A stretch of DNA of 64,000 nt, taken from the NCBI GenBank assembly GCA_051294375.1, contig CM119269.1, positions 12,680,790 to 12,744,789 on the forward strand, read 5' to 3'. Numbering within the stretch: the stretch's first letter is position 1; each line of letters starts with the position of its first letter. Positions 1-14,825 of the stretch are shown here, in pieces. Origin of the DNA: Paraspadella gotoi. Taxonomy: Eukaryota > Animalia > Chaetognatha. Made by a program: the position numbers and the translations under genes. The notes beneath the pieces were generated by a model. That model made no database searches and was not told where the DNA came from. It worked only from the letters and a program-made list of their open reading frames with translations.

Positions 1-1159
1 ATTTATGGTTTAGGTACTGACGTTTTCGGACGGGCTACTTAAAAATAGTTTACAAGGTTGCACATTTTCATTTTTCTCTCATTTTTGTTTATTTTCGTAA
101 GTTTTACTATTTTCTCATTTCTCATTTTTCTTTTAACGTACGTTTAAACATTAACTTTGTCTATTCAACTAAGACAAATCATCATTGTTCAAGTCATTGT
201 CTAATCCTCCTTAACATCTTCAAAAACACGGATGAGAACAGGGCTCGTAATTCAACCAGAGCGGAGTGGCCTCGTATTGCTAGATCACTTCGCTTTGATC
301 CTTCGTTAAAAAATTAATAGGAATAATACAATTTAAAAACGAATAAAACTAAGGAATAAGAGCGTCGGGGGGAGTGATCTGAAGAGAATGTCCCATAACT
401 GGGAGGAGGTGGGTGGTCTTTCAGAGTCGCTTGCCACCTTAGCCTTTCGAATGGAGCAGTCTAAGAAACGACGCATCGAAACTATATCCATGGTTGATTT
501 CATCTAACATTATTTGAGCTCTGTCGAGAAAGGCTACGTCCGCGCAGCTGAAAAAAGATGACTATTCGAGCTGCCCATCCTGTTGCCGTGCGGTCTGCTT
601 AGCTACTTAATATCTAATTTTCCCGGGGGACAAGTAAGAGTTTGCCGCGCATCCCCAGTGTCGTTCGTTTTCCTAACATGACATGAAACACCATTAACGA
701 AGACACAACAGAAAGGTCCTTTTCATCTACTTATAGGATCGGGAAAAGACAGTAGTGTCAACAGCCTGCCTCGGCTCAGGCGTACTCCGTCCGAATGACC
801 AGTGAGGCGACCATATTCTACTATCGTCAGGGCCGTCACAAAAGGGGTTCCTTTTGTGTAGACTTTCTCTTGTTACTCCATCGTCGCGCTTGTGTGTACA
901 TGGCGGCGATCAGACACGCATCCGACCTGTTCGCTAATCTCTAGTCGAGCGGGGTTTGTGGTGCACTACTGGGTGAAGCAGATGTCCCATCGACGTCTTC
1001 GTTCACGTTGACAATGAGGACTCTGGTGTGGACGTCACCCTTTTGCGACCACAGCACTTTCGTGGACTTGTGGACAAGACCTTGACGAGCGGTTGATCAG
1101 AAGGTTGACACTTTGAAACGTGGCACTGGACGAAAAGGGTTGGGATGTGCGTCACTCAC

Positions 1160-2793
1160 GACGGCAACACAAAGGGCGGCTGGATGCGGCCGCGCCACTT
1201 CCGGCGACGAGGGAGTTGACCGGCAGTCTCCCCCAGTAAGCGCGACGGGTATAGGAGCGGAGATACGCCTGGCGAGGCAGGCTGACTACTTAGTTCCTCT
1301 GCAAAATTCGTTGTAACACAATTAAAAACTTTGTTTTTCTCTAAACTAATTAATTAATAATAATACTTTAACATTTTATTAAGATTTGACTTGCTCATAT
1401 TTAGTGATTCCTTTATTTGTTCAGAAGTTAAATCATTATTCAGCTTTGGTTTTGGGGACGCACTCTCTTGTTAGAGTCCATTTCTCCTTATCAGAGCTCA
1501 ATCAGCATAAGATTAACATCTAAACAGTTAATCACTTATAGTGCTAAATTGTGTTCAATAAGGTCTAAGCACAATATAATAGAGATAAATAAATAGTGTT
1601 TAATTGTGTTTCCATTTCTCTACTTCAGGCAAAGCTAACTAGCTATACACATTAAAGACAGTTTATATAGTAAGCGAGCATTCTTCACCGATGCCAAGTC
1701 AAGTCAACATACCATCAAGTAAGATATTAATGAACACTGAACCTTTTGGTACCTATTTATATGCCTATCTTATCACAGGCAACAAACCCCCCTTATACTA
1801 TTGTTTACACTAAAACTATACAAAAGCCTTCATATTATAAAATGATATCGAATTTTGATATTCAACCCCTGAGAGGGTTTAAAAAGGCTGAAATTTTTTT
1901 TTCATTAATTATAAGTTTTTGGAAGCATTAGGTGCATTGATGTCTAAAACATATAAAAATCATTTTAGAAATATGGCGAACTGTCACGAATTATTCCAAA
2001 TCTGACATAAACATAATAATAATCATGAACAGAAAAATTCAGGGAAACTATTTTTTGGTGGTAATAAATGTTTTTTGTTGAAGAGTAAGGGTCTATGCAA
2101 CTGTTCAAAAATCCAAAAAAAATTCATAATAAAGAAGCCTTCTGAATAGGTTTGAAATTTATCATTTCATTTTCTAGAACAACATTTTTGAAAAATTATA
2201 TAACAATCAAGAAGATCGGAAGTTCGGAAACGCCGAAAAAAAAAAATCTTTAGCGTTTTTGCCAACCTAAATATATAAATTTATGTTCCGAATTATTTAG
2301 CTAATCGTTCGACTTCATTATGTTTTCTTGCAAATCAACACAAACGCCTTCTACCTGAGCCCGTCGAAGGCGGAGACGTCAACGACGTCTTCGCCGCGCG
2401 ATCGCCGGCCAGCCCGCGACGCCGGCGCGCCTCTCGACCCTGGAGCGGCGGGAACCGGGGCGGTGCCCTGGGTCACTGGCGCGGGGGCAGCGCCTTTGCT
2501 GCGGGCAGAGGCGCGCGACCGAACGGAGCCTCTGGACTTGCCGGCGTCAGTGCCGGCGCCGTCGGCGCCTGAAAGATCAGGATGGAATTAGAGATACACA
2601 GTTTCACGGTGTGAAGGAAAGTTATTGATCAAGAATGCTTTACAAAGGCATTCCACATAGATAATTTGAAAATATTCTCTATTTACATAAGTTTATAAAA
2701 AGATCAATGCAATTATTGAGGTGATATTAATATAGAAATGTGTTGCACTAGTCTGGCACGCTCGACAGCACACAGTTATCGAGGATAAATCAG

Positions 2794-2859
<66 letters not shown>

Positions 2860-2924
2860 ATCTTGCCGGATTTTTTTGGGGGGCGAGGCGCGGGGACTTG
2901 GTCGCCGTCGGTCGAGTCATGCAT
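1160..2924 (-). CDS. Putative spliced gene of unknown product (low-complexity Ala/Pro/Arg-rich exons)
   Basis: GC-rich blocks bounded by splice-like sites on minus: ~2571-2355 (ctttcag|...CTCAG|gtag, open frame ADGAGTDAGKSRGSVRSR...DVSAFDGL) and ~1297-1160 (ttttgcag|...|gtgagt). Possible ATG near 2924. The exon phases could not be reconciled and no family was recognised. Confidence 0.25.
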
Positions 2925-3614
2925 GATTCAGAGAAGAGGCTCTTGAGTTATGATTGAAATAAGGCGAGAAAGACGATCGCGCCACCAAGGGGCGGAAAGG
3001 AGGGGGAAGTAGAGGGCGCGTGAGAGAAAGAAGCAAAGAAAAGTCGCATAGAAGAGAGTATCGATTATTCATCGAGAGAAAGAGAGTGAGATGATTTTTT
3101 TAGCGACCACGAGACGCGAAATACAATCCAAATGCTCACATTTCTCCGTTTTCCCCAAACTCCCTGTCTCCCTTGCATCTCCCTAGATTCTCCCTACAGT
3201 CTCTCTTTTCTACTTTCCGCCCGTCTCCTATCATTCACTATCTCCAACCGGCTCCTTCCCCCCTAACTCTCTCTCCTTCCCATCTCCCTCCCATCTCTCT
3301 TCTAATTTTCCTCCCTCTCTCCCTCTCCCTATTCTCCTCGCGTTTTCCTTTCGTCCTTCCGCATAATTCGGTTTGGAAAAAGAATTTCTTTACGCGCGCC
3401 TTTTTTCCCCGTCTTCGGCTATTTTTGTGAGAGCGCCGAAATTTTTGACCTCCAACGAAATCAGTTGAAGCGAAAAAAAGCGGGAAAACCGTTGCTAACA
3501 AAATCAGCGGAGACTTTCCATTCAATCGCTTCGTCTGCTTCGCCCGCTTTTCCACCCTCGTCTTCGCCCTCCACATCCAACACGCTCTCTCGACTCTCTC
3601 TCTCTCTCCTCTCT

Positions 3615-3665
<51 letters not shown>

Positions 3666-3806
3666 TCTTCTCCCTTTATTTCGCAAAAACCTAAACTCTC
3701 TTTCTTGCTTTTTCATTCTCCTTCTCACCACAAAAATCCCATCCTAAGGTTTTATTCCTTTTCTTTCATAACCGTTTTAACTCTTGTTTTCGTAACCCAG
3801 TCCAAA

Positions 3807-3897
<91 letters not shown>

Positions 3898-4216
3898 CCT
3901 CGAGATTTTTCCTTCTCCCTTTGTTTATGTTTCTCAGCCGCCATCTTGCGTCGGCCGTCTCGACCGACGGACGCCATCTTGTCTCCGGCCAAAAAAAGGA
4001 AACGTGCGCGGCGCACTGCGCGCCATCATCGGTTTTAGGTTTTTCGCTTTTTTTTCTAATTCTTTTTAGGTCGAAGCGGGGAGTGCGGGGTGAGGGGTGA
4101 GGGGATGAGGCGAGTTGTGGTGTCTCATTCCTTCAAAAATCGCAGGCGAGCAATGTAATATATGAGAAATATATATATATAATATATGAGAAAGTCTTGA
4201 TTGAAAGCTTGCAGGG

Positions 4217-4345
4217 ACCTTCTATGTCATTATCTTGTAAGAGTGATGGAGGCCTTAAACCACCAAAGCCTGTCCAAAGTCAGGGGCAAGATAGCTTGTT
4301 TATTAAATGAATGGATAATTTTTATATTGGTTGTACCAATTTCAT
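4217..4345 (+). repeat. Dispersed ~130-bp repeat, copy 1 (ends in the ATTGGT-TGT-ACCAAT palindrome)
   Basis: Near-identical to the reverse complement of 26149-26277. Shorter fragments occur at 27183, 37428, 41148, 50782 and 61455. Confidence 0.85.
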
Positions 4346-4675
4346 AAAATTCAGCTCCTCGTATTTGAAAGGAACAAACACAACTTCACCAGAAAAAATT
4401 AAGGTTCTCAGTAACATTTAAAACAGTTAGGATCTAATCGAAAACAAAAAAATTAGCCTACATTTACGCGAATTATTTCTTTTATATTTCTTATTAATTG
4501 GTCATGAGAATCGCTATTATAATAATTATATAATAAAAGAAGAAAAAGAAATACAGAAAAGACAAAAAACTCTCTCAACACTTCGAGATAAAAATTCAAA
4601 AGAGAATCCGAATTCGGGATTTGAATGAGCGGAAAGAAAAAGCGAAGGGCGACGGCGCCGCAGATGTTTTGAAAA

Positions 4676-4718
<43 letters not shown>

Positions 4719-4726
4719 AGAGGGAT

Positions 4727-4772
<46 letters not shown>

Positions 4773-5536
4773 TATTTTATTTGCGTCACAATCGAACAGT
4801 AACTTTTTTTCATTAATCATCTCTTAATTTCATTCATTTAATTCAACGAAAGAGCGACTTATCCTTTCAAGAACGGCGCTAAGTTGCACCACCAACTTCT
4901 CCGCATTCATTGGCGGACGTAATTCCGCGGCGAGGCAACGATTTCCGGGTGCTCCTCGTTTTTCGGGAAACGATAATCGAGGATATAAACGGATTACGTC
5001 GGCTTTAAAAAGCTCAGGAAAGAAAAAAGGAGGAAAAAAGGAGGAAAGGAGTGGTAATAGAGGAAGGAGTGCAAATTGAAAAGAAATGGGATGGGCGAGA
5101 GAAAAACGGGCCAAGCCCAAATGCAAAGAGGAGAATAAGGAGAGAGAAAATGAGATGAGATGAGATGAGGACGCGGTCTTCAGCATCACTGCCGACTCAT
5201 CACCACCTTTTTGATATAAAAAATCTCATCTTTTGTTTAATTATTTTTTGCCCAAGAAAAAATTTGAGACAGGGTAGTAGAACTCTAGAGCAAAAGAAAA
5301 CCACCAGGTAAAATATTTTTGAGTTCTGTTCTTTAATGGGCAAAAAATCCCAAAAATAGGGGGAGGGAGGGGACGTGAAAAGGGAACGGACAGAAAAGAG
5401 CGTGTACAAAAACATTGCCTTCTCATTGACGAGAAAAACCCCGTCTGGACTCTGGCTCGCATTCGGACGGAAAGGAAGCCGGAAGAGGGAGAGTCTCTCT
5501 CTCTCTCTCTCTCTCCTCCCCATCATCCAATCTCTC

Positions 5537-5616
<80 letters not shown>

Positions 5617-5618
5617 AG

Positions 5619-6271
<653 letters not shown>

Positions 6272-6846
6272 GAAAGAGAGAAAAATGTGTGCGTTTCTTT
6301 TCCATTCTGTTTTTCTTCTTCCTCCCAATTTATCCCAATCTCTTTCTTCTCCTAAGAATCACGCAATTCTTGTCTGATCCCTTTTTCTCGATTCTCTCCT
6401 CGCCTCCTCGTCGCGTTGCACCAACACGTCGTTTTCTGCCTTTAGCCCCGTACCCCCCCCCTTTCCTCGTGTCCCCCTCGCCCTTTCCACTCTCAACGTG
6501 GAAAGAGGGTAAACGGGGTTGACGAGTCGTCCGCGTCACCTTTTCATCGTTGACTGAGTGATGGGCGAATAGAGGAGGGGGGCGGGGGTTGAGGTGGTGA
6601 GGGCCGACCGAATCCTTTTAAGGTGAAAGGTGGGGAACGAGCCGAAGCTGGAGTAGAAATAAGAGAGAGAGGGGGGGGGGTGTGAGGTCCTACCGGCGGA
6701 TCCCCGCTCGTTTCGTCGACCCGATGACGGCTTGACCCCGAAAAAGATGAATCTGAAAGAAGGCACGGAGAATGAAAGGGGGAAACGTGTGAGATGACCG
6801 GATCAAAACTTGACCTTTCAGGTGGAAAGAAAAATGGAGGCGAAAA

Positions 6847-6936
<90 letters not shown>

Positions 6937-7107
6937 GAAACTGTCCAGACAGCCGCTTATGATCGCATTTCATTCGGACAAAAACGGGCGCTGGCTATGA
7001 GTGGCTCTCCTTTCCATTATATTTTCTTGGCATCTTTTCCAGAACTTACGTCCGAAACGCCAAAGCCGACCGGCCTCGTTTTTGCGTTCACGCAGGAGAC
7101 GTATACG

Positions 7108-7203
<96 letters not shown>

Positions 7204-7974
7204 AAAGATGACGGAAGATTTACTCTCCGGGTTCCTTTTTTTTCTATTATCGCGGAATCGAAGATAGATTTCGTGTTTTTGCTTTTTATTTTGTCCTTCT
7301 TTTCCTTTATAAGTTTCTCTCTCTCTCTCTCTCTCTCTCTCTTTTGAGGAGAGTTTTCTCTCTCTCCCACTCTCCCAAAACATTATCTCCTGAAACGATG
7401 AAAACGTTATGGAAATCACAAATTGATATCGTCTTTAAAAATTCAACGAATATCTCTTAGTGTCTGTCTTGCTGTCTTCTATTTTTGCTCTTCACTCAGC
7501 AAAGGTGACATCTTCGTTCTTTCTATCTTCGTCTATACAGCATTTATTCCTCGCTTGCAGTCTTGCATTCTTACTCAATACTCATTAGCTTGCTTCTTCT
7601 TCTTACTTTTCTTTAACCCTTTTTGTTTTCTTTTTCCTCCCTTTCCTTTTCTCTGTCTCCCTCTTCTCCCTTAATTTCGCCCCATTTCCTGTTTTTCTTC
7701 CATCTTCAAAAGTCTTCTTCTTTGGCGAATCCATCCGTTTTCCTCGACGACGACGACGACGACGACCGACGTCTGCTCTTCATCTTCCTCCATTAAAAAG
7801 CCTTTTTCCTGCCGGCGGAGAGAGGACCGGGCGGCGGAGGGCGGCGAAACCGCCGCCACCGCCACGCCCGCCCGGTGTTGGCCCGCGGGTGGCCCCACTT
7901 AGCTCCTCCGCGACCCCGCAAGACCTTTTGACCCTCTGAAGGCAGAGGATGAAGAGGCGCCCACTCGTCACTCG

Positions 7975-8082
<108 letters not shown>

Positions 8083-8918
8083 AGAGAAGAGAGAGAGAGA
8101 GAAGAGAGAGANNNNNNNNNNNNNNNNNNNNNNNNNCTCTCTCCCCGAGTGACGAGTGGGCGCCTCTTCATCCTCTGCCTTCAGAGGGTCAAAAGGTCTT
8201 GCGGGGTCGCGGAGGAGCTAAGTGGGGCCACCCGCGGGCCAACACCGGGCGGGCGTGGCGGTGGCGGCGGTTTCGCCGCCCTCCGCCGCCCGGTCCTCTC
8301 TCCGCCGGCAGGAAAAGGCTTTTTAATGGAGGAAGATGAAGAGCAGACGTCGGTCGTCGTCGTCGTCGTCGTCGAGGAAAACGGATGGATTCGCCAAAGA
8401 AGAAGACTTTTGAAGATGGAAGAAAAACAGGAAATGGGGCGAAATTAAGGGAGAAGAGGGAGACAGAGAAAAGGAAAGGGAGGAAAAAGAAAACAAAAAG
8501 GGTTAAAGAAAAGTAAGAAGAAGAAGCAAGCTAATGAGTATTGAGTAAGAATGCAAGACTGCAAGCGAGGAATAAATGCTGTATAGACGAAGATAGAAAG
8601 AACGAAGATGTCACCTTTGCTGAGTGAAGAGCAAAAATAGAAGACAGCAAGACAGACACTAAGAGATATTCGTTGAATTTTTAAAGACGATATCAATTTG
8701 TGATTTCCATAACGTTTTCATCGTTTCAGGAGATAATGTTTTGGGAGAGTGGGAGAGAGAGAAAACTCTCCTCAAAAGAGAGAGAGAGAGAGAGAGAGAG
8801 AGAAACTTATAAAGGAAAAGAAGGACAAAATAAAAAGCAAAAACACGAAATCTATCTTCGATTCCGCGATAATAGAAAAAAAAGGAACCCGGAGAGTAAA
8901 TCTTCCGTCATCTTTTTA

Positions 8919-8986
<68 letters not shown>

Positions 8987-9158
8987 CGTATACGTCTCCT
9001 GCGTGAACGCAAAAACGAGGCGCGTCGGCTTTGGCGTTTCGGACGTAAGTTTCTGGAAAAGATGCCAAGAAAATATAATGGAAAGGAGAGCCACTCATAG
9101 CCAGCGCCCGTTTTTGTCCGAATGAAATGCGATCATAAGCGGCTGTCTGGACAGTTTC

Positions 9159-9252
<94 letters not shown>

Positions 9253-9979
9253 CGCCTCCATTTTTCTTTCCACCTGAAAGGTCAAGTTTTGATCCGGTCA
9301 TCTCACACGTTTTCCCCCTTTCATTCTCCGTGCCTTCTTTCAGATTCATCTTTTTCGGGGTCAAGCCGTCATCGGGTCGACGAAACGAGCGGGGATCCGC
9401 CGGTAGGACCTCACCCCCCACCCTCTCTCTCTTATTTCTACTCCAGCTTCGGCTCGTTCCCCACCTTTCACCTTAAAAGGATTCGGTCGGCCCTCACCAC
9501 CTCAACCCCCGCCCCCCTCCTCTATTCGCCCATCACTCAGTCAACGATGAAAAGGTGACGCGGACGACTCGTCAACCCCGTTTACCCTCTTTCCACGTTG
9601 AGAGTGGAAAGGGCGAGGGGGACACGAGGAAAGGGGGGGGGTACGGGGCTAAAGGCAGAAACGACGTGTTGGTGCAACGCGACGAGGAGGCGAGGAGAGA
9701 ATCGAGAAAAAGGGATCAGACAAGAATTGCGTGATTCTTAGGAGAAGAAAGAGATTGGGATAAATTGGGAGGAAGAAGAAAAACAGAATGGAAAAGAAAC
9801 GCACACAATTTTTCTCTCTTTCTTTCTCTCTCTCTGTCTCTCTCTCTCTCTCTCTCTCNNNNNNNNNNNNNNNNNNNNNNNNNNNNNNNNNNNNNNNNNN
9901 NNNNNNNNNNNNNNNNNNNNNNNNNNNNNNNNNNNNNNNNNNNNNNNNNNNNNNNNNNNNNNNNNNNNNNNNNNNNNNN

Positions 9980-12900
9980 CGGCCACGGTGCTGGTTTTGT
10001 CGGTCGGTTCGTCGGTGCGAGTGTCGGCGTCGTCGGCGACGGTTCGACCGTCGGCGTCGCCTCCTCCATCGACGCCGTCGGAGACCAACACTTTCGCCGC
10101 TGCAAAAGTTAAAAAGTTAACCATTAACCATTGACCACATTAACCATTAACAACATTAACCATTAACTACATTGACCATTAACCACTGGAGAAGAAAATA
10201 TTAAATTTCTAACCGCCGGTTCCCGGACGCGAGCCCGGTTTGTCGCCTCCCATCGACTGCGCCACCGTCCCTAATCCCAAGCGACGCTCCGTCGCGGGGG
10301 CGTGGCCGACTTTGCGGAACTCAAACAAAGTGCTGAGGGCGCCGTCGTTCTTTAAGGTGATGGTTCTGTCGAGGGGTTCGATGAGCGGATTAAGAGATGG
10401 TTTTTTTTTCTACAGATATTTAAATAGAAATACCGATAGAGTGTTTCGCCGACGACTGTGAGCCCGAAGTCAACTGCGTCGGTTTCTACACTGAGGTCGC
10501 ACTTCTTAGTCAGGCATCTGAAGAGAGAGAGAGAGAGGAGGAAGAGGGATGAAGAACGGCGAGAGAGATGAGAGAGAGAGAGAGAGTGAGAGAGATTGGA
10601 TGATGGGGAGATGAGATGATGGAACAATTCCTGAGGATTAATGACAATTCCATCTCTCAACCTGACTGGAATGGAGAATGCTCCCGTCCTGGAGAGAAAC
10701 TGAAGTTCCCCGAAGATGTCCTCGTTGATCTTTGGTTTGAAAGCGACGCTAAAGTCGCAGGTGAGGCCGGCGGACATTTGACCGGGTGGGGAGAAGCAGA
10801 CCTCCATGAAGTCTTGCAGGAGATCGGACATTCGTTCGTACTTGCAGTAGTTGATGCTGTTGGAGAAGAAGAGTGAGATCATCGGAGAAAAAAAAATCGA
10901 TCGGGGAAAAGTTTAATCAAAATGCCGTATACACTGACCTGTACGAAACATTGGTGAGGACGACTTTGCGTTGGTAAGTCTTTCCGACGTCGAAGTCTTT
11001 AAATTCAATGACGCTGGGACGCGAGTAAAAGGGGGCGGCACCCTCGAAGTTGGCGCCCGAGAGAAGAGGGGGACGGACGATGCCCGCGCGATGCTTGTTT
11101 AGAACTCTGGGTCAATTAGAGATTGTAAGAAAATGAGACAGCGATAAGACTCCATGTTGTAACAGAAGGTTTCTTGGTATTGAAGAAAAAGAACCAAAAT
11201 AATTTACATATTGTAGAAATTATTTACAAGCGCCATTAATTGGTGTTAAAATTATGCAATATTTTACAAAATATATTTTGGTTACAATATTATACAAATC
11301 CAGGTTGCTAACAGCGCGACCTCCTAAATTACAACAAACAAACAAACTTGTTAAGGATCTCGGCGTCCATCTTCGACTTGGCGAACTGCGCCCCCACGAC
11401 GTTGGGGTCGACGACGGCGGCGGCGCGGAGTTTCTTAAGACGCTTCCTCTCTCCGCCGCCAGTGTCCCAGAGTCCGGGGAATTCGGGTTCGGCCATCAAG
11501 TCCTTACGGGTCTGGGGATTTAAGATGGGGATCGGGGATTTAGATCGAAACACAGGCGGGGAATGAAGGATCCACTCACCGTCCCACCATCGTCCCCTTC
11601 CTCCTCTTTCTTAGCAGACGCTCTTTCCAAACCGCCAATGACCATCTCCGTTTCCTCCTTTTCTCCTTCTTCCTCTTCCTCTTCCCGCTCCTCGTCTCTT
11701 TCCTCCGTATCTCGACTCAACAGTCGAAATTCCTGGTTTGAAGAAAAAAAAATTAATTCAAAAATGGAATAGTATGGCAGCAGCGGGGTTGCCTGTGATG
11801 CCCATTGGGATGGGGCATCTCACTGTTGGCTTTGGGGGCTCCGACCCTCAGTGACGCATCCAGTCACTGGCGCGGTTACCCTAGGACGGTCTCGCTTTGC
11901 CAACGCAGAGGGAAGTCGTTAGGACTGTGGAGGGAAGACTACGCCTGGGATGGTGTGTTCCCCCTCTGAGCCAATGGATTTGGCTGAACAATGGTGGACG
12001 TGAGGCGGTGTCACATACCGCCACAATTGACTATTTAATATAAAACGAAAATTTGTTCATTTCGACGACGATTTTATTTTAAGAGAAAATAACAACTAAT
12101 TTTCAAACAACGAAAAAAAATGATTTGCACATAATCATACTAAATCTATATCTTTTCAATTAATACCTTGACGGTTCTTGCCATCGCCAGCGCCTCTTCC
12201 TCGTCAACATCCTCTTCCTCTTCCTCCTCCTTGAGTCTCCTCCTAATCTCCGTCTCCACCGCCTTGGGCAGACGGGTCCTCCTCTTCTCCTCCCTCTCCG
12301 CCGCCTTCTCCCTCTCCCTCTTCTTGTCCGGAGGAAACAACCAGGGATACTTCCTCCTCCTCCTCTCCATCGCCGCTTCCTCCTCCATGAGGGCGTGGGT
12401 GATGCCGATCTGTTTGACGCGCTGCTCGCCCTCGAACTCGAGGCGGCGTCGTTCGCGTCGCTCGGCGTCGCGGCGGCGGAGGATTTCCAGATCCGGATTG
12501 CCGCCTGAAGGAGGGGATGGGCGTTTCTTGAAAAGAGTTCTTCCAGTCTTCCTTCTTTCTCACCCTTCATTTCTCCCATCCTTCTCTTCTTTCGTCCTTC
12601 CTTTAATTTCTCAATACTTCCTTCCTTTTTCTTCTCCTTTACTTTCTTCCTTTCCCTTCTCCCATCCTCCCTTCCTTTCTTCCTTTTCTCCCATCCTCTC
12701 TTCCCATCCATACCTTGAGCGGCGATCTTAATCTTCTCTTCTTCCTCCGCCTTCTTGGCCTTCTCGTCCAAATGCCTCCTCTTATCGTTGAGCGCTTTGA
12801 GGTTGGATCGGTTCTGGTCCAAGTCCTTCTTCAACTTCAACAGCGACGTCATCTTGGCCTCGTGGTCGGCGTGACGGGCCTCCGCCGCGGACTCCTAAAT

Positions 12901-14825
12901 CCGGAGTTGACGTTATAACAACCAATTACGGAGTTACTACGATTCCTACCCGGTTCCTACGAACCTTTTCCTTTCTCAGCGCCTCGACGGTGCCGTGGAA
13001 GATCTTCCGGTGCCGATTGTGAGCCTCCCTGGCGCCTTCGCGACGCATGACCCGCTCCCCTGCGCGGACCCGCATCCCTTCCTCCGCCTCCTGTCGCTCG
13101 GCGCGTTGGCGTCGATTCGTCGCGCGGCGTAGCTCGTGTTCGCGCAAAACTCTCATCTGAGCGTCCTGCATCTCTTCCTGTAATAAATTGATTAAAATAT
13201 TAAGTCAACGTTGATTGTTAACATTAAGGTTTAACTTAAAAACGAATAGTTTATAGTGGAAAGGAACTGCAAGGCCGTGCCTTTGCGAGTACAAAAAAAA
13301 GCTTTTTTTTGTAAAATAAAGAGGGAGAGAATATAGTCAAAACGATGAATGACAAAAAATTGTTTTTCAGTACTGTCCACAAGGAAAATACACTTCGTGC
13401 TACTCTCAGTGTATGAAATGAGTCACCGTCACCACCAGCGTCACCTGCTTCAATCTGGCTTCGTTCTCATCGAGAAACAACTCGTCCAAGAGACGAACTC
13501 CTTTTTCGATGTCGATCTCGAAAAACTCCAACTCCACCTTGCGGACGACCTCGCGCACCTGGAGAACGGGAAGAGGGTAAGTGGAACCTTGAAACACCAT
13601 TTTCACCGAGAGTCGAAACTTACCTTTTCCTCCAACTTGGCCTCCGACTCGATCTCCCTGCACATCCTCGCGTGCTTCCGCCGCAACCGATCGGCCAAGG
13701 CCCGGTTGTTGTCGGCGTCGGCGGCGTCTATTCCCGCGAAAGCGGCGTCTCTCTCCGCCTCCAAATCGGCGAGACGGCGCCGACACTTGGCCTGCTCCTC
13801 CGAGGCCAGTTCGAGGACGCGGCGTCGGTCGACGTGGACGCCGTTCATGTAGTTGATTTGTCTGAGAGGAGGGAAAAGAAGAGAGTGGGACGAGGAAAGG
13901 AGGTGAAAGGGAGAAGGAAGGGAGGAGGGAGGAAAGAAGCGAAAAAGGAGAAGAAAAATAGGAGGAAAAAGAGAAAGGGAGGAAAGAAGAGAAGGAAAAA
14001 TAAAAGAGAAAAAGAAAAAACACGTTTAAAAAAAAACAACAACAAAATGAGGAAATAGGAGGAAAGAAAAGAAAAATCAAAGAATTAAAGAGAAGCCAAT
14101 TGACGTTATAAGTTCAGATTAACCAATATGAAATTGGCTAATCAGTTTCTGTAAACCCCCCTTCCCCCCCAAAAAAAAAGTACACACTCACTTCCGCAAA
14201 TAAATGAGAAAATGTCTCTCCTTTCGCGTGAGACGAGGATAAACGATCTGTTGTTGATGACGTCGTCTCGTCTCTTCGTCGTCGTCGACGTCGTCGTCGT
14301 CGGTGTAGAGATCGGAATCGTAAAAGTCCTCGAAGGCCTCGTCCTCCGTCGCCGGAGAATCCGCCTCCCGATCAGACAAATCCGGCGCCTGGAAGGGGGG
14401 GGGAGGAAAATGATAACGACAACAACAAACATGTATGCATACATACATACATGCATACATACTGACCTCCCCGAATCTTCCTGCGTCTTCCTCCTCCTCC
14501 TCCATCCTATGCTCCTCTTCCCTCCTTCGCCCCTCGGCTTCTTCTTCCTCGTCCGAGGTCTCCGTCACAGGAAATCTCGGGGTTCCGTCCAGGGGCACGA
14601 TGAGTTCCCCCTCGTGGGCGAAACCCCCGGGGGTTGAACCCAAAAGACCCGAGACTCCGGGGCCGCCTGTGGGAGCGAGAGAAGGGGTTAAGGATAATAC
14701 TAATTTGTTTTTCACCAGGCCTGTGTTTCCTGTGTCGTCTTTCTGTCTTAATCTTAGCCCCCACCTCCCCTCGAGTACTCACCATGGTCAGGAGGCGCTG
14801 GGCTTTTCTCTTTCACATTCTCCAT
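9980..14825 (-). CDS. CFAP74: Cilia- and flagella-associated protein 74 (multi-exon; C-terminal part not found in window)
   Basis: Probable start MENVKEKSPAPPDH at 14825, followed by coiled-coil exons. Then PFYSRPSVIEFKDFDVGKTYQRKVVLTNVSY / INYCKYERMSDLLQDFMEVCFSPPGQMSAGLTCDFSVAFKPKINEDIFGELQFLSRTGAFSIPV / CLTKKCDLSVETDAVDFGLTVVGETLYR / TITLKNDGAL, which matches the first Ig-like (ASH/PapD-like) domains of CFAP74 as I recall them. Confidence 0.88.
11772..12026 (-). mobile_element. ~255-nt structured dispersed element carrying a twister ribozyme motif (copy B, in CFAP74 intron 11733-12166)
   Basis: Reverse complement aligns end to end with 58600-58856, with about a dozen differences by eye. 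It is a GC-rich island in an AT-rich intron and contains multiple hairpins. Confidence 0.85.
11825..11904 (-). ncRNA. Twister ribozyme, type P5, variant lacking one A in loop L4
   Basis: Minus strand reads GTTGGC AAA GCGA GA CCGT CC TAG GG T^AA CCGC GC CAGTGAC TGGATGC GTCACTG AGGG TCGG AGC CCCC AAA GCCAAC. It is the same fold as 58723-58803 but with AGC instead of AAGC. Confidence 0.72.

Noticed and set aside
1-1320. Possibility that this block is reversed or complemented-only sequence
   Set aside because: Reading it reversed or complemented gave no recognisable protein, and normal minus-strand splice signals are present.
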